Assembly (NCBI GenBank): GCA_013239625.1
Contig: MU053557.1
Span: forward strand, 5,777,842-5,841,841
From: Lama guanicoe
Lineage: Eukaryota
Length of the DNA stretch: 64,000 bases
Direction: 5' to 3'
Each line of letters begins with the position of its first letter. Positions within the stretch are counted from its first letter, which is position 1. The translations under genes were made by a program, and so were the position numbers. Under the pieces are notes generated by a model. It saw nothing but the letters and a program-made list of their open reading frames with translations. It did not search any database and was not told the origin of the DNA. Below, one piece after another: positions 49,391 to 62,522 of this stretch.

Positions 49391-52300
49391 TCAGGGGAGA
49401 GGGGGACCGGTCCTAAGGGCTCTACATCAAATTCTCACAATTTGCCCCCTACGCCAAGGCGAGCACGGAAGCCCTAGAGGTGAAAGGAGTGGAGGGTGGG
49501 GCTCCTTTCTAACCACTACACCGTGGAAGCTGGCGGCTCCATCCAGCGCCCTGACAGGACCTCCTTGAGGACTCCGAGAAAAGGTCTCCCTTCCTCCCCA
49601 CCCCCACCCCCACCCCCAGTTATGGATGGGGCCAGGGACCTCCTGTGTTCTATGTCTGGGTTGTTCACAAGGGACAAGAGCCAGTGGGGAAGCAGCACGT
49701 GCCCCACTCCCCATCCTACCCTGAGTGGCAGGTGGTACTGGAATATACCAACTTGCTGTGTGATCTTGGGGTGAGCCTCCTGCCCATTCTGGCTCCCAAT
49801 GTGGGGGTGGGTAGGGTGGTCCTGTGAGGGAATAACTGCACTGGAGACAGCAGTACTGGTGGTGGCTGTAGGGACAGTTGGAGGGTGCCCCACCCCTGTC
49901 GTGTTGCAAGGCGTAGGATGAGATAGGATGCTGATCAGAGGGTCTAGCATACCATAGCATAGGGGTAAGGGGCTGGAAGCCTTGCTGGTTCCAGCCTGCC
50001 TGTCACCAGTCCCAGGCTTGGCTCCCATCCTGTGTTGGGGGGGCATTGCCACAAACAGATGACCTCCTCCTCCCGCTACTTGCCACATTACCTCAGGCAG
50101 TGGAATGGGACCCCTCAAGGGAGAGTTGAAAATACTCTGCTGGGGGCGGGGGGGGGGCTTGCCTCTGTCTTATATCTCAACCCATATGAGATTTTGGGAT
50201 GGTTTCTCCTCCTCTCTGGCTCCTTGTCTGTACAGTGAGGGGAATGGACTAGGATCACTCTAGTTTGATATTCAGAGAACTTCCCAAAAGCAAATTGTTT
50301 TCTGTTGTGCCACCCTGGCTCCTATTCACCACTTGGCAGGCCATGGGCTAGCTCCTCCCCACCTCTTAGACTAGCACCTAAATTAAGCTGTGGTTGGAAT
50401 CAGCATCTACATGGTTAAAATAAGGCCTTTAACTCTTTCCCTTCCTTGTTGGTTATTACCTTTCCCCTAAGTTGAAAGAAAGAAGGAAAAACAACAAAAC
50501 AAAACACCCCCTCTGTGGCATTCAGGTGCCTGGTTTCCAACTGATCCCTAGCCTCTTCAGTCAGCATTTTATCTAAGTTGCCCATTTCTGAGTTGTAGGG
50601 ACTGAGCCTGGGAGGGGAAGACTTTTGCTCAGGGTGCTTCTGTGAGGAGCAGAGCCCCCTTTCCTTGGAACAGAGCAGCTCTTTGACAAGTAGGAGGGGG
50701 CAGCGTGGCAGAGGAGCATCTGGAGAGACGGAACGGGCACGGGAAGAGCCTTCTCTCAGTCTCTTCTCCGTCCCCAGTCATGCCCCACCTCCCTGGATGA
50801 CACCTGTCTCCCTGAGCCCACTGTGTAGCCCCAGGGGCTGGGCCCAGCAGCAGGGGTCAGAACACTCTCTCCACCTGCCAGGGCTGCCATCCCACAAGGC
50901 TGAACCCACCTCTCAGCCTAGGGGCTGGGCCTGGGAGGCACCTTTTCCTTCGGGGCAGCTCCCAGGCTTCCAGACATGAGCTCATCAGAGCTGCTGATGC
51001 CAGGAAGGGAGGGACTGAGGGGAAAGCAGGCTGGGCTGCCCAGATTGGGGCACTGAAAGCCCTGGGGAAATGGAGGGGCACTGTTGTCAAGGACTAGCAG
51101 GCTCTAGCCCCACTGTTGTGTGGAGGCAGGGGCCAGACAGGCCAGCGAAGGGTCAGCTGGAGTGGGGATGGGGACAGGCCAAGTGCCCTGGGCTGCAGGG
51201 CAGAGCTGCAGGTGCTAGGCCGACCTCTGTCACTTGCTTGAGTGAATCCCTTGCCTTTTATGGACCTCAGTGTCCCTGTCTAGCAATGGGGTGGGTGGGT
51301 CCTTAGGCACTGGGGTTACAGTAGTGAACAGGATAGATTGGTCCCTGTTCTCAAGGAGATTACATCTTAATTGGAGAGATAGACCTGAAAAAGGGAAGCA
51401 AAGAAATCAGCAAGTTAGTTTCAAATAGACAAAAATAGCATGAAAAACAACTGGAAAACCGTGTTGCCAAGATGGAGAGCACTTAGAGGGGCTACTTTGT
51501 GCTGGTGGCTAGGGAAGGCCTTTCTCTGGAGGGGACAATGGATCAGAGACCTGAGTGTTATTTGAAGTGTGGTCACGGCTGGCTTTGTGGAGTTGGCATG
51601 TCCAGAACTTGGGTCTAGAAGAATGGGAGGGGTTTGGTTGGGAGGAAGGGTATTTCAGAGGATGGTAAATGATCTAAACTAGAAGCTGAGAGCAGGGGGT
51701 GGCATGAGCATCGGCTGGAGGTTATGAAAATGCTTTCATCCCTTGGGGCTTAAGGCTTTAGACCCAAAGGGACCCAGGCCATGTGATCTGGTCTCAGGGG
51801 TGGCCGGGCTCTGCTGAGTTAGGCCTGTGTGTGTGTGAGCTCAGAGTCCTTTGTGAACTGTCCCTGGACGCTATGGATCAATTGCTACCCAGTGTGGCCA
51901 GAGGAGGAGTCAATGTGGGGACAGCCTCCAAGCTCTGTAATTCCAGAGGCTCACCAAAGCCCTCTCTCTCCGGGATGAAATCTTTACCAACTGGCCCCTG
52001 CCTGAAATTCCACCATTCTAGCTTCATCTTTTCCACTCAGGGAGGCAGCAGAGTGTAGTGCTGTTTTGACCCTACCCTACCCTGCCCAGCCTCCCAGGGT
52101 TGCTGCCGGTGAAACAAAATTCAGTCTCCTCCTGAGCTACCTGCTTCCTGTGTGTCTAATGGGCAGATTCCGTGGTGGGAACCCTGCGTTTTCTTCCCAG
52201 CTTGCTGGGAGCTCTTGAGCATGTTATATAATCTCTCTCGGCTTCAATTTCCTCATCTATAAAACAGAAAAAATAATAGACCGTTTCTTGTACTGTCATT

Positions 52301-52859
52301 CTGAAAATTAAATGAGATGATAAAAAATAACTATTGCTTATTAATTAGTATTATCATGTTTTGATCTCTGTTAAAATAGCAAGCCATGGAGGAGATGGAC
52401 TTTGGCTCAAGACTCAGATCTCAGCATACGTTGCTTTTGGAGGGTTGGCCAGGAATAGGTTTTGATGGTGGGAGGACAGGCACAGCACAGTGGAGAAGGG
52501 CCTGGCCCGAGCTTCAGGAACGGATACTTGAACGTCCAGTCTTAGCTAACTGGCTGGTGGTCTTGGACAAATCAGTTGCTTCCTCTGGGGCTCAGGCTTC
52601 GGTTCGGAGCCACGACGAAATGGCCTAGGAAGGATATGAGGGAATTGTGGGTGTGAAAGAGCTTGACAGACACCAAAACAACAGGGCCGGCAGGAGGGGG
52701 TGTCACCAGGGTGGGTCAGGAAGGGGTGGGCTGGTTAAGCCTCACAGACAGGAGAGTGGGCTGACCTGGGACTCCCGCGTGTGATCCTCTAGAATAAAAT
52801 CTCTTGGAGACTTAGAGTGTTCAATAGATAAAAGCCAAAGTTCTTGAAAAATAATTCAC

Positions 52860-53070
52860 GTTTATCGTTACTTACATATGCCAGGGAGTTTTAAGTTCTT
52901 TACATGTCAACAACTCTATGAAGTAAGTACTGTTATCATCAGCATTTTACAGATGGGCAACTGAGGCACAGAGAGGTTAAGTGAGCTTCCCAAGGTCACA
53001 CAGCTGGTAACTGGCCAAGTTCAAACCTAGGCAGTCTGGCCAGAAAGCCTGTGTGCTTAACCTGCACAAC
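52860..53070 (-). mobile_element. MIR SINE
   Basis: CATTTTACAGATGGGCAACTGAGGCACAGAGAGGTTAAGTGAGCTTCCCAAGGTCACACAGCTGGTAA. Confidence 0.9.
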
Positions 53071-54235
53071 ACGTTCTCTCCTGCTTTAGATGAGTACCAG
53101 AGGCTCAGAGGGGCCAGGACACCTGCTTAGGAACACACCTCATTCCCCTTTGATCCTCGTCATCTCTGTCCCTCAGGTGCTGGGAGGAGGAGCCTCGCTG
53201 GGCCTGGGGTTCTGAGGTTGACCCTTGAGCCAGCTCAGCCGCTTATCTTCCTCTCTCCTCCTCCCCTGGGAGTAGGTCAGGGAGGATCAAGTGTGCCCTG
53301 GGAATACTCTGGGCACAGAAGGCTCTGGGCCAGGGCCTGACGAGTGGGCGTCATTAGTGTTGTGAAGCTTGAGTGGATCCCAAAAGCCTGAGCTGTAATG
53401 AACTCCCATGGAGCCTGGCATGACTCCCATCACTGTACAGAGCAGGGAAACTGAGGTCAGAGAGTCTAGGAACAGGCCCAGGTTCACTCAGACTGGAGGT
53501 GCCCTTCCTCCGGGGGTCTCCTGTCCTGCTTGCAGGGCTGCTTCAAACTTGTGGGCTTCATGAACTCATGGGACTTGGGGACCCTCCCACCGATCTCTAA
53601 GCTCTCAGCCAGGACATGATTCCTGATATGGGCCCTTTGGGAGGGCACAGGGAGTTGGAGGATGGAAAGGGTGATTAAAAAATAGACTGTCACGCGCATG
53701 GGGAACAAGCCTGCCACCACCCAGCTCGTGCCAGTTGGCTCCCCCATGCCCAGCTGCCAGGGCTCCCGCTGGGGGCCCCACCCACCCCAACCCTGGCTCT
53801 GGGCCTGAGGCTGGATGCTCCCAGCCACCTCTCCTCTCCTCCTCCACCTCTGCACAGCCTCCAGGCAGATGATGCCCTCGCTGAGCTGAGTGGGCTTACT
53901 GAGAGTCTGGCATCCCCATTCACCAGCTGTGTGGCCCTGGATGAGGCCCTTTCCCTCTCTGGGCCCCAAGCATAGATGAGTAGTGCTACCAGTTAAAGCT
54001 CTTTTCAGCTTTCAGAGCCTTTCCCAGCTTCCATGTCTCATGCAGACTGACAAACAGTGCTGTAGGCCCCACTCAGAGAGGTGATGTGACCTGTGAAAGC
54101 CACTCAGCTGGAGTGGAGCAGAGCAGAGGGCTACACCCAGTTAATCCTGCAAATCTCAGCCCTGTACAACTTCTCCAGGGTGAGCAAGGTCACTGGGAAC
54201 CACGGAGGTGGAATGCTTTGCAACGGCAGTGTTTT

Positions 54236-54610
54236 TACTCATTTATTCCCTCAATCTGTCTGCAAAAGTATACTGAGCCCAACTCTGGCCGAGGCATGGG
54301 GGCAGGGACACAGTGGAGAAATGACAGCTAAAGCCCCTGCCTTGTGGGGGCTGTGTATCACGCGGCAGGGCGGACTGACGCTAAAGCAAATAATGATGGA
54401 ATTATTAATCTGATGAGAGTTTGGAGGAGAGGGAGAGGGTGCTGTGGCAAAGGAATGTGACCTCCCAGGGCAGGCGAACCCTCCCCGGGACCTGTAAACA
54501 GACCTGAAGGATGAGAAGAATGGCCAGAAAGGAATAACTGAGGGGTTTCAGCAGGAGAGAGTTCTAGGCAAAAGTAGCAGCCAGTGCAAAGGCCCTGAGG
54601 TGAGAAGTGT
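54236..54610 (-). mobile_element. L2 fragment
   Basis: CTCATTTATTC..., AGACCTGAAGGATGAGAAG..., AGCAGCCAGTGCAAAGGCCCTGAGGTGAGAA. Confidence 0.7.
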
Positions 54611-54629
54611 GTGGCTCCTGTCTGAGGCC

Positions 54630-54770
54630 CAGGGATGCAAAATCAGCCTCACCCAGAAGTTTCTTAGAAATGCAGACTCTGAGACCCCACCCCAGACTTC
54701 CTGAACCAGAATCTGCAATTTAACATCCCTGTGCAATTACTACGTACATTGAAGTATAAGAAGCACTGCT
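54630..54770. mobile_element. MER5A
   Basis: TTAGAAATGCAGACTCTGAGACCCCACCCCAGACTTCCTGAACCAGAATCTGCAATTTAACA..GAAGCACTG. Confidence 0.85.
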
Positions 54771-57469
54771 CTAAGTCATTTTTAAACTTAAAAAAATTTT
54801 TAAATTAAAAGCTATAGAATCTTCTCTCTCTCCAAAGTTTTACAGATGAGACATATAAGAGGGGAACCACCCACTCTATATTTATTCGTCATATGAACAG
54901 GGAACAGGAGGAGTGTGGGGGCTGGGTTGGGGCACACGCATTACTGGGACGGGTGTCAGAAGAGAGAAGAAAAAAATGAACAGTCCTGGTGGGAGAGGGT
55001 GGGTGGTGCCCCATCTTCTCAGGCCTCTCCTGACCAGGTGCCTCTAAGAGCCCTTTCAGCTCTGACCTCCAGGGTCCTCAGTCTTACGGATTTGGAAAGG
55101 TGGGCTTGAAGGGAGGGCACTTGACAGTCCACAGCCTAGTGACATCTTTCTCTGCTTGTCCCCATCTTGGTGTCCTGCTCTCTTCCCCGAGAAATCCCTG
55201 AAAGGGTGGCCGGTGCTATTCTTAGTGTGACAGGGCGACAAGGAGAAACCATGCTGGTGCATTATTTATGCCTCTGAGTCAACAGGATTACATTCAGGTC
55301 CCAGAACTTGGCCCTCCTGGGCGGCCTTCGTCACCACCGCGGCAGACAAGAGGCTATGTCCCAGGACCTGTAACCGTCCCTCTAGCCCTGAGCATCCCTG
55401 CTCCGAGCCTCCAGCCCCGACTCTGGGAAATGGGTCGTGAAATACAGCGGTGAGCTGGGACCAGGAAGGAGGTGCTTTGGTGATATCATTTCATTCCTAT
55501 CCATTCAGCGCATACTAACCGAGCATTGACGTGGGGTGGGTGTGGGTGCCCTGATGACCGAGACAGGATGCCTGCCTTCCAGGAGGTCACGCTTTAGCCT
55601 GCGACTTAATGGTGCTCCGTCACTGCCAGAGCGTTTGTGCCAGGCCTGATGCTGGGTACTTCGTACATAAGACCTAATCTTCACAGTCACGCTGCTGCAG
55701 GGTAGACATTTGGACAACCCTTCACAGAGGAGAAAACTGAGGCTTAGCATATACAAGGCTTGGCATATACAGAGTAGTAAGTAATCTGCTCAGCTGAGAT
55801 TTGAACTCAGTTTGGCTAGAACAGAAAGACCATTCCAGATCAAATGGTAGCAGGTAGCGTTAGGGCTTTGAGAACCCCCTGCACAACCCAGTGAGAGGGT
55901 CGTTATGTCTGGAAGGAAATTAACTGGTTGAGGTTGTCCCATTCTCAGTGAACCCAGAGTCCCTGGAGAAGTCATGTATGTCCAGGGCTTTTGCAAAGCT
56001 GGAATGGAAGACTGTATACACTGTGTACACAATGTCCACTGTGGGTTAGAAATCAAAACCAAATGTTACGAGGTGATAAGGCCCCGAGGTAGCACATCTC
56101 AGGAAGCTGAGCCAAGGTCTCTGGAGGGGAGCCAAGGACCTGTGCTCTGTGAGATCCTGGCCAGGACCCTCGGTTTTCTCTGCCTCAATTTTCTTGTCTG
56201 TAAAATCGTGTCACTATCCCTGCTGTAGTTCTTTGTCTGACGGACATGAAGGTGTTAGGAAAACTATTAAAGTATGTGAATATTCAAAGGATTGTAAAAA
56301 TTACTTATATATATTTTCTTAAGTGTATTTTTTGTTAACATGGGGTCTATTTGCCAGACAATGTTCCAAGCATTTTCCTGTTAATTTACCTATAAACACA
56401 TTTATAAAATCATGAGCTCTAAAACCCAGTGGGTCCCCAATCTGGCTATGCTTCAGAACCCCTCGATGAGATGGTTAATGTGTATATTCTGTGGTCCGGG
56501 GTCTGGGGTAGAGCCCAGGAATCTGCAGTTTGGACCCACTCTCTGAGAAATTCTGCAGCACCTACAGGTTTCTGATCTGGGCCAGAGGAGACAAGACTTG
56601 CCCGAGGCCTCACAGTGAGTTGAAGATCAGGTTGAGATTAAAACCCGGGTCACCAGCTCCCAGTCTGGCTCTTTCCTCCTACTCTTCAGCTGTTCCCCCC
56701 CCCACCCCGAACACCCTAAAGGGAGGAAGCCAGGGATGGGGACCTACGATGCTGGTGGTAGCTGGTAACGTTTACAGTGCTGTGCTAGGCATTTTACATG
56801 GCTTGTCCATTTAACTGCAGGAGGGGTAGAAAAAGGGACATTCTCTACAGCAACATGATCCCTTGGGACATTTGAGCATCAAGTGGCTGATTTTAATGTA
56901 GCCCTGGAAAAGAAAAACCGGGACTAAGGTGCAGAGATGTGGAGAAGTGAACTTAAAACCACACCATCAGTGCACTTCCCATTTTCCAGGAACATGTGCC
57001 ATCTAGGTAAAGGTGGTCTGGTGACTCTGTTACTTGGAGACAGAGCAGGCCGGCAGGAGGGAGATATGTGTGCCTGCCCACAAGGTGTGGACCTGCCGCA
57101 TGTGCATCTGTGCCAGTCTGCCACCTGAGCGTCTGTGTATCTCCACATGTACACTGGCAGGTGCTCTGTGTGCACACATTGGTGTGTAGGTCCTGCCCCC
57201 TCTGTGGGTGTGTGTGCTGGCTGTACCTTTGTTCGCAGGCATGTGTGCAGAGGAGGATGTGCTGCTGCCAGCTAGGTTCCCACCAGCATGAAGAAGCTAT
57301 ACAGAGTGTGTATGGTGCAGAGTGTGCATACGTGTGCACACAAATGGTTGCAATGCAAGAGGATCCCTGAGATCCAAAAGGGCAGAAGTAGAAAGGCCAC
57401 TAGAGAACCTGTTTTCCTCATTCAGGTGCCACCTCCACATTATGTGCACTATCCTCAAACCAGCCAGGT

Positions 57470-57830
57470 GCAAGCCTGCCTCAGGACCTTTGCACCAGCT
57501 GTTCTCTCTGACTGGTCTTTCCCTAGACATGCTGATGCCTCACTCCCTCACCTTCTTCACTCAGATGTGACTTCTCAGTGATGCCTACCTTGATTACCTT
57601 ATTTACCTTTGCACACTGCTCCCCACCCTATGCAGTCCGTGTATCTCCCACCCCTGTTTTATTTTTCTCTATAGCATTTGCCATCTGACCTACTTGTACA
57701 GTTACTTATAAATTTATTATCTTGCTCCCCTGCTAGAATGCAAGCAGGGGTTTGTCTGTTTCTCTTCATGGCTATGAACAGTGCCTGGTCCTTAGTTGGT
57801 GTACAGTAAATAACAGTTGAATGAATGAGT
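57470..57830 (+). mobile_element. L2a 3' end
   Basis: CCTGCCTCAGGACCTTTGCACCAGCTGTTC..CTAGAATGCAAGC..AACAGTGCCTGG..GTTGAATGAATGA. Confidence 0.85.
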
Positions 57831-59209
57831 TCGTGCACCACCTGTGCTTACTCGTTTTCTTTAAACTGTCTAACTTGTGTTACTGAAATATCCACTTTTA
57901 CCTCTCCCTAAGCAGTAATATACCTTCACAGGTTTGGTATGCTTATTATACTCCTTTCCCAATACCCATGTGAAATTTATATAACCATTAAGATGTTAAG
58001 TATCAGGGTACCACTTAAATCCTTTTGCTGACTCCAGAGGTGTGGGGGTGCTACACTCTAGGAACCACTGGTCCAGTCCAATTCCTTCGCTGAAACACAC
58101 GGACAAACTGAAACCCAAAGAGGGTCCGGAACTAGTCCAATGTCTCACCCAAACTATGACAAAACAGACAGTGGAACCGAATTTCCTGACCTCCAGTCTG
58201 CTTTTCTTTTGCAGTTTGAGGGACAAGGGGAGGGTGGGGCTGGATGGTTCAGCTTCTCTTTTGGCAGGAGACTCCTCCTGCAGGAGGGGAGCCAGATATG
58301 CCTGGTAATTGGTGAATGGCACGGGGTCAGGGGGACGGCAGGGTCAGCAGCCTCCTGCAGGCCCAGGGCCACAGTGCCCTTCTGGCTGCAGGACTGTCTG
58401 TGTACTGAGTGGTGGGAGCCAGCCTCAGCTGCACCTCCCCTCCCAGAAGTCTTGGACCTGGGGGCTGCTCCAAGGGGGCCTGGGTGCTAACATTTAACAA
58501 GAGGCAGAGCTGGGATTCAAACCTGGTTCTCTCTGCTACAGCCCATTAGCTAGAGGTTGACATGGGGGTCCCCCGGCAGAGAGGATGCTGGCAGGTGAAG
58601 GGGTGGAAAGGGGAGGGGAAAGTTGAGCTGTGTCTGACTGTGAACAGAAGAGCGAGACCAGACCCACAGAGGGCTGGAGAAGGGAGGGAGACAGACAGAG
58701 CCCTAACTTGGTAGAGTTATGCAGATGTAGGTTTGTGCAAAAGGCTGAAGTTAAATCCCCCTCAGGTGTGCACAGAGCTTTATCCTATAAAAATCATTTC
58801 TGCATCTCATTTGTTCAGCAGTGACTCTGCAAAGCAGGTATAATCATCCCTGGTTTACTGATAAGGACGTTGAGACTCAGAGAAGTGATTTACTAAAGGT
58901 AGCTCGAAGAGCTGCATGTGGGAAGGAAAAACACTGCATCTATGGTTTGATTTGGTAAAGGAGGGTTGCCTAGGGGAGGGCAGGCAGGCTGAATGAATAT
59001 GGGAGTGAGAGGCAGGAGCGGAGAGCGTGGGCAAATTACCTTGGTAAATCACAAAAACCTTCCTGAGCCTCAGTTTCCTCATCTGTAAAATGGATCTAAC
59101 AGTACTTCCAGTCCACAGCTTGCAAAGATAAAATAAAACATAATCAAATAATGATAATAATGCCTGGAACTTAAGACGTGCTCAGTAAACAGCAACCTAA
59201 ATAATGAAA

Positions 59210-59850
59210 GTGAGGGCGCCGGCCGCTGACAAGTTTGCCCACGGTGGTCACCGGCCGCGACGCAGGGATTCCCAGCGCCTTCTTCCGCAGACGTGAGCGA
59301 GCCTGAGAGCGGGAGAGAGCTGGCGGGCCTGGGGGAGCCCGAGGGGCCGAGAGAGGGGGCTTCTCTGTCCCAGAGCCGGTGGCCAGGACGCCCCCNNNNN
59401 NNNNNNNNNNNNNNNNNNNNNNNNNNNNCCCCCCCCCCCGGGAGAAGCAGTGGCGCCGCCTTCCCGGCCGGGACCCGTACGCGCTGGGCTCTGCGAGCGC
59501 TCTGCTCCCTCCGCTGCCGACCGCGCTCCGCGCTCCGCGCGCGCGGACTGCAGCGTGCTGGGGCCGTCATTATCATTCCTCCAGCGTTTTTCTCTCCCGG
59601 CTTATTTATTTTTCTGTGAGGAAGGAATGCGGGGAATTTACCACTGGGCGCTGGCCTTCGCTTTCGGCAGTGCGGCGGCCTCGTCTGTGAGAGGGAAGCG
59701 GCAGAGACAGATGGCTGCGGAGGCGGCGGTGGAGGAGGAGGGTCCCGGCTGCATCTGTGGCCCCGGCGGCGGGGCGGTTATGTAATCCACCCGGAGGCCC
59801 ACCGTGCCGATACCTCGGTGCTTCGGCGCTCTGGGCACGAGCCTTGCCGG
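59210..59850. promoter_or_regulatory. Second intragenic CpG island (enhancer- or promoter-like)
   Basis: CpG-dense ~640 bp with an AT-richer, motif-bearing core at 59565-59645; no convincing + strand donor seen. Confidence 0.7.
59396..59428. other. Assembly gap (33 N) inside a poly-C tract
   Basis: N run flanked by C5 and C11. Confidence 1.
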
Positions 59851-62317
59851 GTACACAGATCCTATGGAACTCAATCTGGACCAGCCCATTCACCTACAGC
59901 CTCTGGGCAAACCCACAGAGTGGGCGTGTTCCTCAGTCTTTCTCTCCAGCTGTCTTGATGGGGCTGTGAGTGGAGTTGAGGGTAAGGAAAGAGGGTGAGG
60001 ATAGCTTTGAACCTTCCAGGCCCCGCTGGGCTATCCTGTGGCTTGGGATTTACACATGTCCATCTTTCAAGACCTAGGGCACACGCCATCTCCTCCAGGA
60101 AGCCTTCCCAGATTGTTTCATCCTGATTCAGTGCTCTTAGACTCTATATTTTTCCCGACACTCAGTGGAATATTCTGCCTCTTAGATCTAACGCTGCCAT
60201 TTGAGATTTCATCTTCTTCTTCACCCACTTGTTGCTCCCTCCCTCCTTCCTCTCCCGTCTTTCCTCTAGGAATCAACCTCTAGATCTCTGATCTAGAATC
60301 TAGATGAGTCTCGGATCTAGAGAAATCTGGATTTCATCTCGGGGGATGAATGGTGGAGTAAAACGTGAAGGTGGATTTGGATTGTGGGAGTGCTCAACTT
60401 TCAGTCATTTATTTAGTCAACGCTTAGTGAACCTGTCCCAGGTGATAGCCTCTGCTGAGTCCAGGGCATTGAGAGAGGATGGGACCAGCCCTAGCCCCAG
60501 GCTGCCACAGGGCCAAAAGGAAGAGCTGTATCATTGTAGAGGGCCCAAAGTGTGCTAGGCCCTGGGCTGGGGGCTGAGGACCCAGAGATAGACTGGGCCC
60601 AGCCCTGCCCCTGGCAGAGGCACAGATTGGGCAGAATTCTCTCTCTCCTGCCCTGGTGCACCACCTTTTTGTCTCCTGGATTAAGTGTTTTCTCTGGAAG
60701 GGTAGGGTTTGGCATCGTTTCTGTTCCTTCAAGGCCTTCAGGGCTGGGATGATGGAGACTGATGCAGCAGGAGAGCGCTAGGGGCCTGAGGGGAGGGCAG
60801 GCCTGGCTTACCAGGGATGTACTGGGAGGTGGGAGGCTGGGTCTGAGCTTGGCTCCCTGTGAACCAGCCCTTTCCAGTTTGCTGTGCACCTGGGGTGGAG
60901 CCTGCCTCTCTCTGGGTCACCATTTCCAAGTCCCTAAAAATCTAATTGTAGATTAATGTTTAGTCCAGTATAGTAGGTAGGAGGGAGGTGGTGGCTCCTG
61001 GCCCTTGGCAGAGGAGGACCCCACAGCAGGGTCCTCGTCAGCCAGCAGTGAGTAGTGGTCTGCAAGGATAGCTGCTACCCAAGGCCCATGCCGACCTGGG
61101 GGCCCTTGTCTTAGGTTCCCCCCAACCCACCCATCCTGCCCCGCCTGATCCCGACCTCCTGCCAGCAAGAAGCTACTAGGAGTTGGACCAGTCTCAGCCT
61201 CCTTCCCCTTGGGCCTTGGTTCCTGAGCTTTCTCAACCCATTGCTTCCTACAAGCCCCTCTCTTGTTCCAAGGCCCCTGGGCCAGGTTGAGCAGGGGAGG
61301 AGCAGTCATCTAGGAGTCTGGATGGACTAATGAGAGCTTCCTGGAGGAAGTGGCATTTGGGCTGGGCCAAAGCAGTGGGTGGGGAAAGTGAGTGTGCTCT
61401 GTGGGCTGAGCTCTTCAGAAGGAGGGGCCCAGGCTTGGGATCAGTAAGACTCCCAGCTCCAGCTTTGCTCTGCCTGTCCCTTGCTGGGTGTGAGAGCCGG
61501 GGTGAGTTTGCTAATTCTCTGGGTCTCATTTTCTTCGTCTGTAAAACAGAGGTAAGGGGGCCTCCCTTGATGAGCTTTGGTGAGGATTTGATGAGAAAAT
61601 ACATGCTAAACCCTTATCTTGCCAGCATCTGTCACTCCTCTTATGTTGGCTGTTATCATCCTCATGGACTTCATCATTGTTCTGCAAGCCCCGGGGAAGG
61701 TGTAGGGTATAAGGCAGGACACAGGAATGACGCTTTTGAGGCTCCTGCCCCCAAGGTGCTTGCAATCTCTGGGGGGATATAAGACCCAGACACTTATTGC
61801 TGCAGGGCAAGATGTTGGGAGGAGGCAGCATGGCCCACGTGATGGGCCTCGGGCTGGGTGCTAGGCCACCCTGGGCTTGAATCCCAATTCTGCTCTGATT
61901 AGCTTTGCCATCTTGAGCAAGTCACTTTACCCCTCTGAGCCCATTTCTTCTCTAACATGGAGGTGAGGGGACTGCTGGCCTTGTGGCTGCTGTAAATGAA
62001 ACCAGGGCCTGGCATGTGGTGAGCACGCCCTGGAGGGAACCTCTTACTGAAATGAATAATATGCAACGTGGTGAGGTTATTAAGGGTGCAGATAAAACAG
62101 GGAGGCTTTCTGGAGGGGGTGGTGCCATTCAAGTTAGGTGGGAAGGCTGAGGGGGTTGAGCATGTAGAAAGGAGAGGAAACAGAAGGGTTCCAGGTGGGT
62201 GTGTGCAAACCCCACAGCGAAGGCCAGAACTCACAGGGCAGGTGTGGGAACGTGAGCCGTTGGACTCCCTCTGGCTGCTGAGGGTACAGAGAGCAGGTGA
62301 GCAAGCCTTCAGGCAGG

Positions 62318-62522
62318 CCCTGACGTCAGGGGCCCTGAATGCCAGGATGAGGAGTTGCCGCTTGATCCTCCTCGTCCTGGAGAGGCAGGAAAGAGGCATG
62401 ACACCGGTGGAGCCAGGGTGGGGGCTGGGGGATGAATCTGGCAGCGTGGGGTGGGTAGATTGGCGGGGGAGAGACTTTGTGGCGGAGAGGCCATTTAAAA
62501 GGCTGTTGCAAAATCATTTTTC
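62318..62522 (+). promoter_or_regulatory. SYNPO: Proximal promoter of the short SYNPO isoform
   Basis: Full CRE at 62321-28, GC-rich boxes at ~62445-62490, TATA-like TTTAAAA at 62494-62500, C/EBP-like TTGCAAAAT at 62506-14. Confidence 0.6.

Noticed and set aside
48259..49477. Long overlapping Pro/Arg/Gly-rich ORFs (248 and 256 aa)
   Set aside because: Result of stop-codon scarcity in a CpG island.
41829..51263. Two perfect CArG boxes CCTTTTATGG (41829-38, 51254-63)
   Set aside because: A few are expected by chance in 64 kb, and both lie in decayed L2/MIR-like sequence.
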